Source of the DNA: Nitrospirales bacterium
GTDB lineage: Bacteria > Nitrospirota > Nitrospiria > Nitrospirales > UBA8639
NCBI GenBank assembly: GCA_965223295.1
Contig: CBDCWC010000003.1
Location: 1,696,001-1,760,000, forward strand
Direction: 5' to 3'
Length of the DNA stretch: 64,000 nt
This document shows positions 9,723-20,115 of the stretch, one piece after another. The translations under genes were made by a program, and so were the position numbers. Each line of letters starts with the position of its first letter. Position 1 is the stretch's first letter. The notes beneath the pieces were generated by a model, which saw nothing but the letters and a program-made list of their open reading frames with translations, made no database searches and had not been told where the DNA came from.

Positions 9723-10574
9723 ATGCGTATCATTCGGTCGATACGTGGGCTGCAAGCCTGGCGCCGTAAACATGATCAACAAATAATTGGATTTGTGCCT
9801 ACAATGGGCGCGTTACATGAGGGACATCTATCTCTCATCCGTCGGGCACGCAAACAATGTCCGTCGGTCATCGTGAGCATCTTTGTGAACCCCTTACAAT
9901 TCGGCCCGGCCGAAGATTTAAGCCGCTATCCTCGGCCAGTCAACAATGACCAGCAATTATGCCAGGAGGCTGGAGTCGACTTGCTTTTTTTGCCTTCAAG
10001 TGAAGAATTCTATCCGAATGACTTTCAGACTTCAGTCAAAGTTGGTCTTCTCAGCCAGCGTTGGGAAGGAGAAGCACGTCCAATGCATTTTGAAGGCGTC
10101 GCAACGGTTGTCACAAAACTCTTGAGTCTCGTTCGTCCTACCCATGCCTATTTTGGTCACAAAGACTATCAACAATTGTTAGTCATTCAACAGTTGGTTC
10201 AGGATCTGAATATCAATACCAAGATTGTGCGCTGTGCTACGATTCGGGAATCTGATGGTCTCGCGTTCAGTTCCCGAAATCGTTATCTTTCGACCAGCCA
10301 ACGGCAGCAAGCCGCAACCCTTTCAGCGGCCTTACGGAAGGGTGTCCAGTCGATTAAATCAGGAACGTGGCAGGTTCGGACGATTCGACGGGAAATGATG
10401 AGCGTTCTTAAAAGGTTCAAAGAAATCGAGATTGACTATCTTGCGATTTGTAATGCACAAACTCTGGAACCTCTTACTTCGGTAAAAGGCCAGATGGTGT
10501 TGTTGGGAGCTGTGCGGCTTGGAGATGTTCGTTTGATTGATAACATGCTGGTTAAAGCCCCCACAAAAATTTGA
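9723..10574 (+). CDS. panC: Pantoate-beta-alanine ligase
   Basis: FVPTMGALHEGH, SIFVNPLQF, RESDGLAFSSRN, RLIDN. Confidence 0.95.
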   Translation: MRIIRSIRGLQAWRRKHDQQIIGFVPTMGALHEGHLSLIRRARKQCPSVIVSIFVNPLQFGPAEDLSRYPRPVNNDQQLCQEAGVDLLFLPSSEEFYPNDFQTSVKVGLLSQRWEGEARPMHFEGVATVVTKLLSLVRPTHAYFGHKDYQQLLVIQQLVQDLNINTKIVRCATIRESDGLAFSSRNRYLSTSQRQQAATLSAALRKGVQSIKSGTWQVRTIRREMMSVLKRFKEIEIDYLAICNAQTLEPLTSVKGQMVLLGAVRLGDVRLIDNMLVKAPTKI

Positions 10575-10597
10575 AGCCGAACACGATTAGGATAGAC

Positions 10598-11245
10598 TCA
10601 GGGATCTTGAATCAATTCGTTGGGAAGTTCGTTTGGATTTTTCTCCCCTTTTTCTAAAGGAAATGCCTCAGCTAACACAGATCCACAGGTTGCAATAGCC
10701 TGACACAAAGATTCAACAGGCTTACCTTTTTGAAACCCGTCTTGAATGAGGGTCACCATATCCTCCCAGGTTTGCTGCGGCACGCGATTGAGTATGGGGT
10801 CATCAGTCAACACTTCAATCCGGTGCTCAAGCAAAGAAACGAGTATGAGCACTCCTGTGCCCAGTTCAGTTCGATGAAGGCCATGTTCTAAAAAAGCCTG
10901 GTGGGCTCGCACATTGACTTTGTAGGCCATGCGGTCCTGAGATGTGAGCAGCCGAACGATCGGCACAAAGCTTCCCAGCCAATACCCTAGGCCATACACA
11001 CACACGACAGTCAGGAGAAGCCATCCGGCATTTGTGGCATGCCATCCCCAAGGCATCCATTCCCATTCGATGGTTAAGAGGGTGCTGAGTACCAGAAAGG
11101 CACAGGCAATGCCCGAGCGATATCGTGCTTCTCTGTAACGAGCCGACCGTTCAATCACCATAGGCACAATCTCCCCGCGTGTCTGGCGTTCAGCTTCCGT
11201 CACGGCTTGGCGAATATGTGCTTGGTCTTGATCAGAAAACGTCAT
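10598..11245 (-). CDS. TPM-domain membrane protein (COG3762-like)
   Basis: AEQTRGEIVP-type N-terminus, TGVLILVSLLEHRIEV, NPNELPN; LemA operon context. Confidence 0.85.
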   Translation of the reverse strand: MTFSDQDQAHIRQAVTEAERQTRGEIVPMVIERSARYREARYRSGIACAFLVLSTLLTIEWEWMPWGWHATNAGWLLLTVVCVYGLGYWLGSFVPIVRLLTSQDRMAYKVNVRAHQAFLEHGLHRTELGTGVLILVSLLEHRIEVLTDDPILNRVPQQTWEDMVTLIQDGFQKGKPVESLCQAIATCGSVLAEAFPLEKGEKNPNELPNELIQDP

Positions 11246-12175
11246 TTACCATCCTCCCGAAGCGCCGCCTCCGCCGAATCCGCCACCACCACCACCAAAG
11301 CCACCCCCGAACCCTCCCCCAAAACCACCTGATCCACCGATATGACCCTCTCCGGGACCCGGCCAGCCTAATCCCGATTCACGAGCAAAGGGATCGCGAG
11401 AAGGGGGACCACCTGCATTGGATAACAGGCTCACAAGAATCGGTGCAACGACTGCTGCCAAAACTGCGATTAATAAGGTGGCAGGAAGGCCTACGATAAA
11501 GGCGATCGTTCCGCCAATAATACTTCCATTGAGGCGTCGTTGGGATCCTAGAAATAATCCGAAAACTGTTCCAAGCGCGACAGCTAACCCAAAAATTTCC
11601 CATGCTCCGAGATCTTGTTTTGACATATGAGGTGAGGGGGAGGTGTTGACATACGTCCCCTCGATAGTTGCGAGAATGGCTTGAGTGCCTGCGGCAATCC
11701 CTCCGGAGAAATCTCCTGTCCGAAAACGAGGCACGACTTCATGGCGAATAATGCGTGAGCTCTTGGCGTCAGTCAGCGTTCCCTCCAGTCCATACCCAAC
11801 TTCAATACGAAGTTTCTTCTCTTTCATCGCAATCAGGAACAGGACTCCATTGTCTGTTCCCTTCTTCCCAAGCGTCCAGGCGGTGGCCACTTGATGGGAA
11901 AACTCTTCCAAGGAGTTGCCTTCTAAAGACGGTAAGGTGAGAATGGCTACTTGATTAGATGTGTTGGTTTCATGTGCTTCGAGGGCTGAATTGAGCTGAG
12001 CAAGCGTGGAAGGCGAAAGCACATGGGCACGGTCTACCACTCGACCGGTGAGGGGTGGGATGTCCAAGGCCCATGCTGGTGGTATCAGGAGTAAGAGGCT
12101 CAGGACTCCCCACCACAGCTGGTGAAGCCACCGACTTGGCAACCACATGGTCGGCATAGTGAAAATTTTCTCCAA
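11246..12175 (-). CDS. TPM-domain protein (YgcG-like) with Gly-rich tail
   Basis: RVVDRAHVLS, DNGVLFLIA, RIEVGYGLEG, GGGGGFGGGGASGGW. Confidence 0.92.
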   Translation of the reverse strand: MEKIFTMPTMWLPSRWLHQLWWGVLSLLLLIPPAWALDIPPLTGRVVDRAHVLSPSTLAQLNSALEAHETNTSNQVAILTLPSLEGNSLEEFSHQVATAWTLGKKGTDNGVLFLIAMKEKKLRIEVGYGLEGTLTDAKSSRIIRHEVVPRFRTGDFSGGIAAGTQAILATIEGTYVNTSPSPHMSKQDLGAWEIFGLAVALGTVFGLFLGSQRRLNGSIIGGTIAFIVGLPATLLIAVLAAVVAPILVSLLSNAGGPPSRDPFARESGLGWPGPGEGHIGGSGGFGGGFGGGFGGGGGGFGGGGASGGW

Positions 12176-12180
12176 GGTAC

Positions 12181-12777
12181 TTAGAACTTCACCTCAGGAG
12201 GGGTGGAAATGGCTTTTTCGTCCGCAACGGAGAAATTTGGTTTGACCTCAAGCCCCAAGAGGTATTTAGCGGTCAAATTTGTGGGGAAAAATCGAACACC
12301 CTTATTATATTCAGCCACGGTCTCAATGTAGCGTTTCCTTGCAACCGTGATGCGATTCTCTGTGCCTTCTAGTTGACTTTGGAGGTCACGGAAATTTTCA
12401 TTGGCTTTCAGATCGGGATATTTTTCCACGACAACCATTAAACGAGATAAGGCCGACGTGAGCCCCTGCTGAGCTTCTTGAAATTTTTGAAATAAACTAG
12501 GATCTTTGAGGGCTTCTGGAGTCAGCTTAATACCAGCGACTTGTGAACGGGCCTGCGTGACTCCCTCCAACGTTTCTTGCTCATGCTCAGCATAGCCTTT
12601 GACCGTAGCGACAAGATTGGGAATCAGGTCGGCCCGGCGCTGATATTGGTTCAGCACTTCGCTCCATGCTGCGTTGGTGGCCTCATCTAATCCCTGAAGA
12701 TCGTTATACCCGCATCCACTTAGGGATAAAGCCAACAGGAGTAATCCGAGAAAAAGTCTCTTCAACAATCGTCGCAT
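12181..12777 (-). CDS. lemA: LemA family protein
   Basis: QYQRRADLIPNLV, YPDLKANENF, LEGTENRI. Confidence 0.95.
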   Translation of the reverse strand: MRRLLKRLFLGLLLLALSLSGCGYNDLQGLDEATNAAWSEVLNQYQRRADLIPNLVATVKGYAEHEQETLEGVTQARSQVAGIKLTPEALKDPSLFQKFQEAQQGLTSALSRLMVVVEKYPDLKANENFRDLQSQLEGTENRITVARKRYIETVAEYNKGVRFFPTNLTAKYLLGLEVKPNFSVADEKAISTPPEVKF

Positions 12778-12835
12778 CGTCTAGTCCTCCTTAGAGTAAG
12801 GTCGCCTATTCCCCAAACGCTCAACGAACAAAAAT

Positions 12836-13026
12836 GGGTCTGTTGAAAAAAGCCGCCAGCGGTGTTCTCGCCATTTTTTCGTGCTCACATAATGCCAGTA
12901 TGCTCCGCGCGCAAAAATGGCTGCGGCCTTGCCGGACGGACTTTTTTGAACCGACCCAACGCTATTGATCGCTAAGGGCTTCCTGGCGAAACATGGCCTT
13001 TGATATCTTCATTATTCAACATTCCC
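12836..13026 (+). mobile_element. MITE family A, copy 1
   Basis: TIRs GGGTCTGTTGAAAAA / ATTATTCAACATTCCC; aligns with 15089-15242 and 58717-58941; flanks AAAAT/AAAAG. Confidence 0.8.
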
Positions 13027-13319
13027 AAAAGATATACATCGATTTTGAGAAAACAAAAAAATGATTGTTCTATTCAACGAGGAAGAATGCAGAGGGGATG
13101 AAGTATTGTGGCAGTGCCCACAGAAAATGGCAAATCATTTTTTCATGAAATTGCATCTTGAGTTTCAAATGGAGACGGTGTCGACGTGAATAGTTGTTGA
13201 TCGGTATCAAAGCTCTTCGAAAGGGTGGGATTTTCTCTATAAAGAGGTCCACAATACGAAGAGGATTTTGTGGATTAATCATCGAAAACAACTGCATATT
13301 TTTCTCATTACAGCATAGT

Positions 13320-13700
13320 TTAGCATGATTCCATTTGTTTGCGGATGATTTCATCAAGGGATGCGGGGGAATAGGTTGGAGGTTTTACCCATTTGCCGTC
13401 TTCACGTTTGTAGCCGCCGACCTTACTCATGTTGGAGCGATGGACTTCCTTAAAAACCGGATCCATATCGATTCCCAGGGAAACGGCGGTACCATATACT
13501 ACATAGAGAAGGTCTGCTAATTCTTTCGCTATGGCTGGCAGGTCCTTCCCCTGCATCGCTTCTTGCAACTCCTCGAACTCTTCTTGAATGAGCCGATTTC
13601 TCAGGGTTGTTATGGCTTCATTAGGAATCGATGGTGTGGTGGAGCGATGAATGTCAAATTGTTCATGAAATTCTTGGACCATCTTTTGTGCGGCGTTCAA
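13320..13700 (-). CDS. MazG-like NTP pyrophosphohydrolase (DR2231/PRA-PH-like)
   Basis: LIQEEFEEL, KELADLLYV, VHRSNMSK, REDGKWVKP. Confidence 0.88.
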   Translation of the reverse strand: MNAAQKMVQEFHEQFDIHRSTTPSIPNEAITTLRNRLIQEEFEELQEAMQGKDLPAIAKELADLLYVVYGTAVSLGIDMDPVFKEVHRSNMSKVGGYKREDGKWVKPPTYSPASLDEIIRKQMESC

Positions 13701-13708
13701 AGTCTTCT

Positions 13709-13742
13709 ACCTCCCCTAGCCCCTCCTGATCAAGGAGGGGAA
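13709..13742. repeat. Short REP-like palindrome ACCTCCCCTAGCCCCTCC-TGATCAA-GGAGGGGA
   Basis: Inverted CCCCTCC/GGAGGGG. Confidence 0.5.
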
Positions 13743-13750
13743 AGTAATCA

Positions 13751-15088
13751 TTACAATACCAGTACGAAATAAATGTCGTTGACGTTGGTGCGGGTTGGGC
13801 CAGTGATGATATGGCCGCCGACTTGTTGAAAAAAGGTATAACTATTATTTGCCCGTAGTATCTTGAAGGGATCGAGGCCAAATTTCTTGGCTCGTTTGAT
13901 CGTGGTTCCATCAACCATCGCTCCGGCAACCTCTGTAGGGCCATCAGAGCCGTCTGTACCAAACCCTGCCACAATCACGTTGGGGAGTCCAGCAAGTTCT
14001 TGCGCTGCAGCTAGGACACATTCCTGCGCCCTTCCACCCTTCCCTTTTCCTTTCACCGTGACGGTGGGCTCTCCACCAGCCATTAGGCAAGCTGGAGGGC
14101 GCACTGGATTACCGAACGTACCAATATCTGTAGCCAGAGCTCCAAGTATGGCTCCGAGATTATGGGCTTCGCCTAGCAAGGGAGAACCAAGAATATACGG
14201 GTGAAGTCCTAACCGCTTTACTTTTTGAGCAATCGAGGTAATGGCCGTGTGGTTGTTGGCTAGGATGATTGAATGTCGACGTGGAGAGTTGTTTCTTTTT
14301 CGTTTCCAAGTTTCAGGAAGCCGACCTAGAAGACCTTGACCCAGATGTTTCCGCACATTTGGAGAAATTTTCGTCCATAGGTGATAACGCTTCAGAATGG
14401 ATTTGGCTTCCTGAAACGTCGTAGCATCTGGGACGGTTGGGCCTGAGCCGATAGCGCTCATGTCATCACCAATGACATCAGAGATGATCAAGGTCAAGAT
14501 TTTGGCGGAAGTAGCTTGGGCAAGTTGTCCTCCTTTGATTGCAGATAGATGTTTCCGTACGGTGTTGAACTCTTGAATGCTGGCGCCACACTGTAAGAGC
14601 AGGTCGGTCGTGCGTCGTTTCTCAGCTAACGTCAAACCGTGAGCAGGAGCACAGAGCAGACTGGATGCGCCTCCCGAAAGAAGGACGATCAGCAAGTCTC
14701 GTCTGTTCAGGGATTGTACCCAGTTCAGAAGGCGTTTCGTCGTGTGGATGCTGCGAGCATCGGGAAGGGGGTGGCCTGCTTCCACAATCTCTATTTTTTT
14801 AGTGGCTCTTTCGTATCCGTCTTTCACAATCACCAATCCACCCTCTAAGAATGGCCCTAGGACCTGTTCCAGTGCCCGAGCCATATGGGCTGATGCTTTT
14901 CCTGCACCTACGCAGACGACCCGTCGATAGGCGGCGAGGTTGTATTGAATGGTGTTGACGTGTAGTTGGTGACCTTTTCGGGTCATGGCACATGTGATTG
15001 CCTTACTGGAACTAGCTGCATCCAAGCCAGTCTGAATGAGCGTCTTCAGGATTCGTGTGGATCGACTAAGCGGGGCGTGAATGATCAT
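13751..15088 (-). CDS. Glycerate 2-kinase (TtuD/GckA, MOFRL family)
   Basis: GAGKAS, EAGHPLPD, LSGGASSL, RKHLSAIKGG, SDVIGD, GGEPTV, GTDGSDG, TNVND; true ATG likely 15088. Confidence 0.93.
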   Translation of the reverse strand: MIIHAPLSRSTRILKTLIQTGLDAASSSKAITCAMTRKGHQLHVNTIQYNLAAYRRVVCVGAGKASAHMARALEQVLGPFLEGGLVIVKDGYERATKKIEIVEAGHPLPDARSIHTTKRLLNWVQSLNRRDLLIVLLSGGASSLLCAPAHGLTLAEKRRTTDLLLQCGASIQEFNTVRKHLSAIKGGQLAQATSAKILTLIISDVIGDDMSAIGSGPTVPDATTFQEAKSILKRYHLWTKISPNVRKHLGQGLLGRLPETWKRKRNNSPRRHSIILANNHTAITSIAQKVKRLGLHPYILGSPLLGEAHNLGAILGALATDIGTFGNPVRPPACLMAGGEPTVTVKGKGKGGRAQECVLAAAQELAGLPNVIVAGFGTDGSDGPTEVAGAMVDGTTIKRAKKFGLDPFKILRANNSYTFFQQVGGHIITGPTRTNVNDIYFVLVL

Positions 15089-15242
15089 GGGACTGTTGAA
15101 TAATGATGATATCAAAGGCCATATTTCGCCAGGAAGCCCTTGGTGATCAATAGGCGTCGGGTCGGTTCAAAAAAGTCTGCTTGCCTGCGCGAAACTGCTC
15201 CGGCGAAGGCAGGGAACGCCGCCGGATTTTTTCAACAGACCC
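15089..15242 (-). mobile_element. MITE family A, copy 2 (internally deleted)
   Basis: TIRs GGGACTGTTGAA / TTCAACAGACCC; 5-bp TSD ATCAT at 15084-15088 and 15243-15247. Confidence 0.85.
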
Positions 15243-15300
15243 ATCATGATGGCTGAGTGATTGAACTGGAACAGAAGATTTCAGTGAAGGACAGGTAATA

Positions 15301-17772
15301 TTAGTGTATATCTGAATCAGAAAATTCGGTAGTTTCTAGATCGGAAAGAGGGTCTTCGGAAGAGGGTAAGGCACGTGCGCTGAGGGTTTGATGCAAAATG
15401 GCGCTGAGACCAATGAGTGAATAGGGCTTGTTGATGATTCCTTGAAATCCATAGGTGTGGTAATTCGCCAGGATTGGGTCATTTGAATAGCCGCTTGAGA
15501 CAAAGGCCACGACGTCCGGATCCAGTTCACGTAGGCGGAGGATGGTTTCTTTGCCGCCTAAACTTCCGGGAATGGTCAAGTCCAAAATCACAGCCGTAAA
15601 AGGGGTGTGTTGCTCGAGAGCTTGTTTGAACAACGCAATGGTTTCATAGCCGTCTTTTGCCACGACACATTGATATCCGCAATGAGAAAGCATTTCACGA
15701 GCCACGTGGCGAATGGGTTGTTCATCATCCATGAGAAGGATCGTGCCTTCCCCATGCTTGAGGGGGACGGCCGCAAGTTTGAGGGGTTTGGCTCCGGTTG
15801 AACAGGCAGGGAAGTAGAGTGAAAATATCGTCCCAATATTGGGACGTGATTCAACACTGATATGCCCATTGTGCTTTTTGACAATGGTGTAGGTTGATGC
15901 AAGGCCTAACCCTTGCCCCTCTGGTTTAGTCGAAAAGTAAGGATCAAAAATTCTATCCACTTGTTCCTTAGGAATGCCGATGCCTTCATCTGCCAATGTG
16001 ATGTTGACATAGGGACCCGGAGGAAGAGGGATAGGGGAAAAAGTGGGAGATTCGCTAATCCAAATGTTGTCAGCTTGGATCGTCAGCTTCCCTCCTTGAG
16101 GCATCGCCTGGACTGCATTAATGACAATGTTGTGAATGACTTGACTGACCTGCCCCGGATCCGCCTCGATAGGCCACAAATCTGACGCAAGGTGCGGTTT
16201 ACAAAGGACCGAAGACCCTGATAGGGCAAAGCCGGTGGATTCGTTGATAAGGTCCTTCAGTGAAATCAGATGTTTAATCGGATCGCCTCCTTTGGCAAAG
16301 GCCAGCAATTGTTGCGTGAGATCTTTTGCTCGCCAAGTGGCTTGTTCGGCTCGAGAGAGATAGGTTTCACCCAGAGGGGGCAAGGTCATGATATGTTCCG
16401 TCAACGTGATATTTCCTAAAATACTTGTGAGAAGATTGTTGAAATCGTGGGCGATTCCTCCAGCGAGTGTACCAATGGCATCCATTTTCTGTGATCGTAA
16501 GAGCTGTGCTTCTAGTTGACGTTTTTCGTCGTCGATTTTTCGCCGTTCCGTCATATCCCGCGTCACTCCGGTGAAGCCTTGGGGTTGTCCGTCTTTGTCT
16601 AATACCAGACTAGCACGTACTTCAGCCCAAACCGTGCTGCCATCTTTGCAGAGATGTTCCAATTCTAGGAGAAGAGGTGGAACCTGCTGCCCAGGATTTC
16701 TAGCAAGACGGTCTAATTCCTGGTTGATCGCGGTTTGAGCTTTTTCCAAGGAAGATGGGGTCAAGCATTCGGCTAACGACATGGCCATGACTTCTTCTGC
16801 GGAATACCCACGTAATTGTTTCACCGAGGGGCTCACATAGGTGATACGATTGCCGTCCAGGTCCATCATCCAGATGACATCAGAAATATTTTCCGTCACA
16901 AATCGATAAAGCGACTCCGATGCTTGTAATGCCGTCGTTCGTGCCTCAACTAATATTTCAAGTTGTTCTTGATGTCGCCGTAATTTCTCTTCTATGGCAG
17001 CTCTTTGGGTGATTTCTTTGCTCAGGGAATTATTGAGTGTCTGTGCGCGATCCCGTGCTTGCACTAAGTTCGCCACCAAATTGGAATTTTCTTCATGAAG
17101 GCTGAGGGATTTCAGTAGCATGATGTGGTTTCGTCGCGCTGTGACGGTCATAATAATGACGAAAAGGAGTCCCATCCCGCCCATGCCGACATGTAACGCA
17201 TCCCCTCTCGAAAAGAAATAGATTGTGAGTGGTGCTGCCGTAGGAAGACAATACGCCAGGAAGGCTGGAAAATGGGAGGCATATAACGCCGTGGCTCCAG
17301 CAACCATACCTCCGATCGCAAAGGTCAGAAAAACCTCGTGGCCAACAGATGTTGAGGGATATAAGATGACCCCACCAATTCCCCAAATGCAGCCTGAAGC
17401 GAAATTTCCAGCTAAGAACCAATTTTTCCATTGGTCGAGTGAGGCCTGGCTTTGGGTTACTTGACGATATCGATAGAGAAATATTGCCCAACCCCCATTA
17501 ATAATTAAAAGACTAAAAATCCAGGTGACAATGGATATCCGAGGAACGATCGTCCATAAGAGAGCAGCCAAAACTCCGCCATTGATGAGAGAGACCCAAA
17601 TTCCATATGGGGCCAATGAGAAAAGCTGATGAAGCTGTTGACTAAAGAGAAATGTTGATGATTGATCTGCAGGTGTGATTAGTGGGGGCGATTTGTCTGG
17701 AACGTCGGCTGGGTCGCTGTCGGGGGAGAGCCAACGTGACATGTGGGAGATCGTATGTTTCGCTACTTCCAT
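15301..17772 (-). CDS. Membrane hybrid sensor histidine kinase (TM, PAS, HisKA, HATPase, REC; CckA-like)
   Basis: AGGIAHDFNNLL, DPYFSTK..GQGLGL, LLMDDE..VILDL..SSGYS. Confidence 0.93.
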   Translation of the reverse strand: MEVAKHTISHMSRWLSPDSDPADVPDKSPPLITPADQSSTFLFSQQLHQLFSLAPYGIWVSLINGGVLAALLWTIVPRISIVTWIFSLLIINGGWAIFLYRYRQVTQSQASLDQWKNWFLAGNFASGCIWGIGGVILYPSTSVGHEVFLTFAIGGMVAGATALYASHFPAFLAYCLPTAAPLTIYFFSRGDALHVGMGGMGLLFVIIMTVTARRNHIMLLKSLSLHEENSNLVANLVQARDRAQTLNNSLSKEITQRAAIEEKLRRHQEQLEILVEARTTALQASESLYRFVTENISDVIWMMDLDGNRITYVSPSVKQLRGYSAEEVMAMSLAECLTPSSLEKAQTAINQELDRLARNPGQQVPPLLLELEHLCKDGSTVWAEVRASLVLDKDGQPQGFTGVTRDMTERRKIDDEKRQLEAQLLRSQKMDAIGTLAGGIAHDFNNLLTSILGNITLTEHIMTLPPLGETYLSRAEQATWRAKDLTQQLLAFAKGGDPIKHLISLKDLINESTGFALSGSSVLCKPHLASDLWPIEADPGQVSQVIHNIVINAVQAMPQGGKLTIQADNIWISESPTFSPIPLPPGPYVNITLADEGIGIPKEQVDRIFDPYFSTKPEGQGLGLASTYTIVKKHNGHISVESRPNIGTIFSLYFPACSTGAKPLKLAAVPLKHGEGTILLMDDEQPIRHVAREMLSHCGYQCVVAKDGYETIALFKQALEQHTPFTAVILDLTIPGSLGGKETILRLRELDPDVVAFVSSGYSNDPILANYHTYGFQGIINKPYSLIGLSAILHQTLSARALPSSEDPLSDLETTEFSDSDIH

Positions 17773-17992
17773 GTGAAGAGCTAGAAGAGCTATTACCGTT
17801 TATCCTGGAGGGGGCGAATGGGTTGGGAACCCCCATTGCAACTGATAGACTGCCGAATTTTAGGAACATTGTCAAATATTGCTGGTTTCCCAGTATCCTT
17901 CTTTACGACAGTGATAAAGGTAACCACGTATCTGTGAGGAAGAAATGCCGGTTTCTTCCAGAGAGGGCCAGAAATCCTATAGGATAACAGTT

Positions 17993-18676
17993 ATGAAAGC
18001 CTTAATATTGTTACAAAAGACAATATCGGAATGTACGTCCTGCCAGCGCCTGACGATCTATCGACGGAAAGTGGCAAAAGAAAAGGTCAAACGTTTTCAA
18101 GATTGGGAGTATTGGGGGCGTCCTATTCCTGGGTTTGGCGACCCCCAAGCTCAGCTATATGTCCTGGGGTTAGCGCCTGCAGCCCATGGAGGCAACCGAA
18201 CAGGGCGGGTGTTTACTGGAGACCGGAGCGGAGATTGGTTGTATGAAGCCTTACATGCCTTTGGGTTTGCCAATCAACCTGAATCGATTCATCGAGAAGA
18301 TGGTCTTGCCCTCAAGAACTGTTATGTTGCTGCGGCTGTGCGCTGTGCGCCGCCTGGCAACAAACCCACTAGAGAAGAATTCGAAACTTGCCGTACGTAT
18401 GTAGAAGAAGAGCTCCGATTGTTGCGACGAGTGCGAGTTGTGATTGCGTTAGGGAAAATTGCATTCGATGAATATCTGCGAACCTATCAAGCTATGGGAA
18501 ACGTCACGCCTTCGCCTCGTCCAAAATTTTTTCATGGAGCGGAATATATCCTCCCGTGGAAGACAGTCCTTTTAGGCTCGTATCATCCGAGTCAGCAAAA
18601 TACGTTTACGGGAAAACTGACGCGACCAATGTTTCATGCTGTTTTTCGAAAAGCGAAAAAGCTTGTAAAGAGTTGA
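17993..18676 (+). CDS. Uracil-DNA glycosylase family 5 (UdgB-type)
   Basis: CTSC Fe-S motif, GLAPAAHGGNRTGRVFTGD, YHPSQQNT. Confidence 0.93.
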   Translation: MKALILLQKTISECTSCQRLTIYRRKVAKEKVKRFQDWEYWGRPIPGFGDPQAQLYVLGLAPAAHGGNRTGRVFTGDRSGDWLYEALHAFGFANQPESIHREDGLALKNCYVAAAVRCAPPGNKPTREEFETCRTYVEEELRLLRRVRVVIALGKIAFDEYLRTYQAMGNVTPSPRPKFFHGAEYILPWKTVLLGSYHPSQQNTFTGKLTRPMFHAVFRKAKKLVKS

Positions 18677-18685
18677 AAGTCTGAT

Positions 18686-18826
18686 AGGCACCTCTAAAAA
18701 CTGAAGTTTTTTTCTGAGGGCAAGGATGCGGCGCGCGGAAAACCGCAGTGTATAGGCCGATACATGAGGATTTGAGCACGCGCCTGACGCCGTCATCGGG
18801 AAAAAGAACAGTTCTTAGAGGTGCCC
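18686..18826. mobile_element. MITE family B (palindromic element)
   Basis: TIRs AGGCACCTCTAAAAACTG / CAGTTCTTAGAGGTGCCC; 4-bp TSD TGAT (18682-85, 18827-30); lies between convergent genes. Confidence 0.8.
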
Positions 18827-18852
18827 TGATGTGTTTGAACACTTAGCCTAGG

Positions 18853-19506
18853 TTATTTCTTTAACCCCTTTCGAGCTTCCCAATCAGCGAGAAACTTTTG
18901 TAACCCAATATCGGTCAGCGGGTGTTTCACCAGTTGCTGAAAGACACTAAAAGGCATGGTACAAATATGCCCGCCCAGTAACGCGGCTTCGACGACATGT
19001 TGAGGATGACGTACACTAGCTACCAGCACTTGAGTGGCGAAATCGTAATTTTCATAAATGGTTAAGATTTGATCAATGAGTTCCATGCCGTCTGAACTAA
19101 TATCATCTAACCGGCCGATAAAAGGCGAGACGCACCAGGCGCCGGCTTTAGCGGCCAAGAGTGCTTGAGTCGGTGAAAAACACAGGGTAACGTTGACGCG
19201 GATACCCTCGCTGGCCAATTGTTTCGTGGCTTTGAGACCTTCGGGAATGAGCGGAACTTTGACGACGATATTGTTATGAATTTTGGCTAATTCGCGACCT
19301 TCCTTTAGCATAGCGTCGGATTCGATGCCGACGACTTCTGCACTGATCGGGCCATCAACCAATTTGCAGATTTCTGCCAGAAGATCTTGGAAGTCTCGTT
19401 TTTCTTTTGAGACAAGAGAAGGGTTTGTGGTGATGCCGTCAATGAGACCATAGCTGGCGGCTTCACGGATTTCGTCAACATTTCCGGTATCCAGGTAAAG
19501 TTTCAT
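18853..19506 (-). CDS. tal: Transaldolase / fructose-6-phosphate aldolase (small type)
   Basis: [41 protein letters not shown]. Confidence 0.93.
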   Translation of the reverse strand: MKLYLDTGNVDEIREAASYGLIDGITTNPSLVSKEKRDFQDLLAEICKLVDGPISAEVVGIESDAMLKEGRELAKIHNNIVVKVPLIPEGLKATKQLASEGIRVNVTLCFSPTQALLAAKAGAWCVSPFIGRLDDISSDGMELIDQILTIYENYDFATQVLVASVRHPQHVVEAALLGGHICTMPFSVFQQLVKHPLTDIGLQKFLADWEARKGLKK

Positions 19507-19697
19507 ATTGGTCTCCTTTGATAGTAGGCAGATACATGAATGAACTGCTGTGGTATTGTAATCAACAAAATGGTCTTGGACAAATGGGCCTTAGCTTTTT
19601 GGAAGACATCCGTCTTTGTTTGACTCATCGAGAAACGAGGGCTAGAATTTTTATATGCTCGAGTTGTCTATTGTGAGTTGAGGTATTTGAGGAGGAG

Positions 19698-20018
19698 GTG
19701 GACGTGATTCTACGATATTTGTTCTTAGGAGTATTGGGGGTATTTTGTGCGGGGTGTGGAGGAGATAATCCGTATTTAGAAGCCTCCCTGGACCCAGCCA
19801 AGTTCGAAGGAAAAGACAAGGCCTGGTTTGAAGAAAACTGGGGAAAGCCTTCGGCTAAATCTTCTCGATTTTTTGGGGGCGAAAGTTGGATTTATTCCCG
19901 AATTGCAGGAGGGGAAACGCATTTTCCGTTTTTTAATTTCTCTCCCAATCAATGCCAAATTACCTTAGATTTTGATGATGAAGAAAAACTTGACGACTAC
20001 GAATTTACGGATTGTTAA
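19698..20018 (+). CDS. Small lipoprotein
   Basis: FCAGC lipobox; strong RBS. Confidence 0.75.
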   Translation: MDVILRYLFLGVLGVFCAGCGGDNPYLEASLDPAKFEGKDKAWFEENWGKPSAKSSRFFGGESWIYSRIAGGETHFPFFNFSPNQCQITLDFDDEEKLDDYEFTDC

Positions 20019-20115
20019 GGCATCACTCATAACAATGTCTGAGAAGCTTTTACATCATCAAATGTTCTTCCCTCCTTTCCTTTATTGACGTCATGATCGT
20101 GTTCTTTTCTTTGGT

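Noticed and set aside
9160-10574. folK-panC adjacency without panB
   Set aside because: Ordinary gene-order variation; no scar visible.
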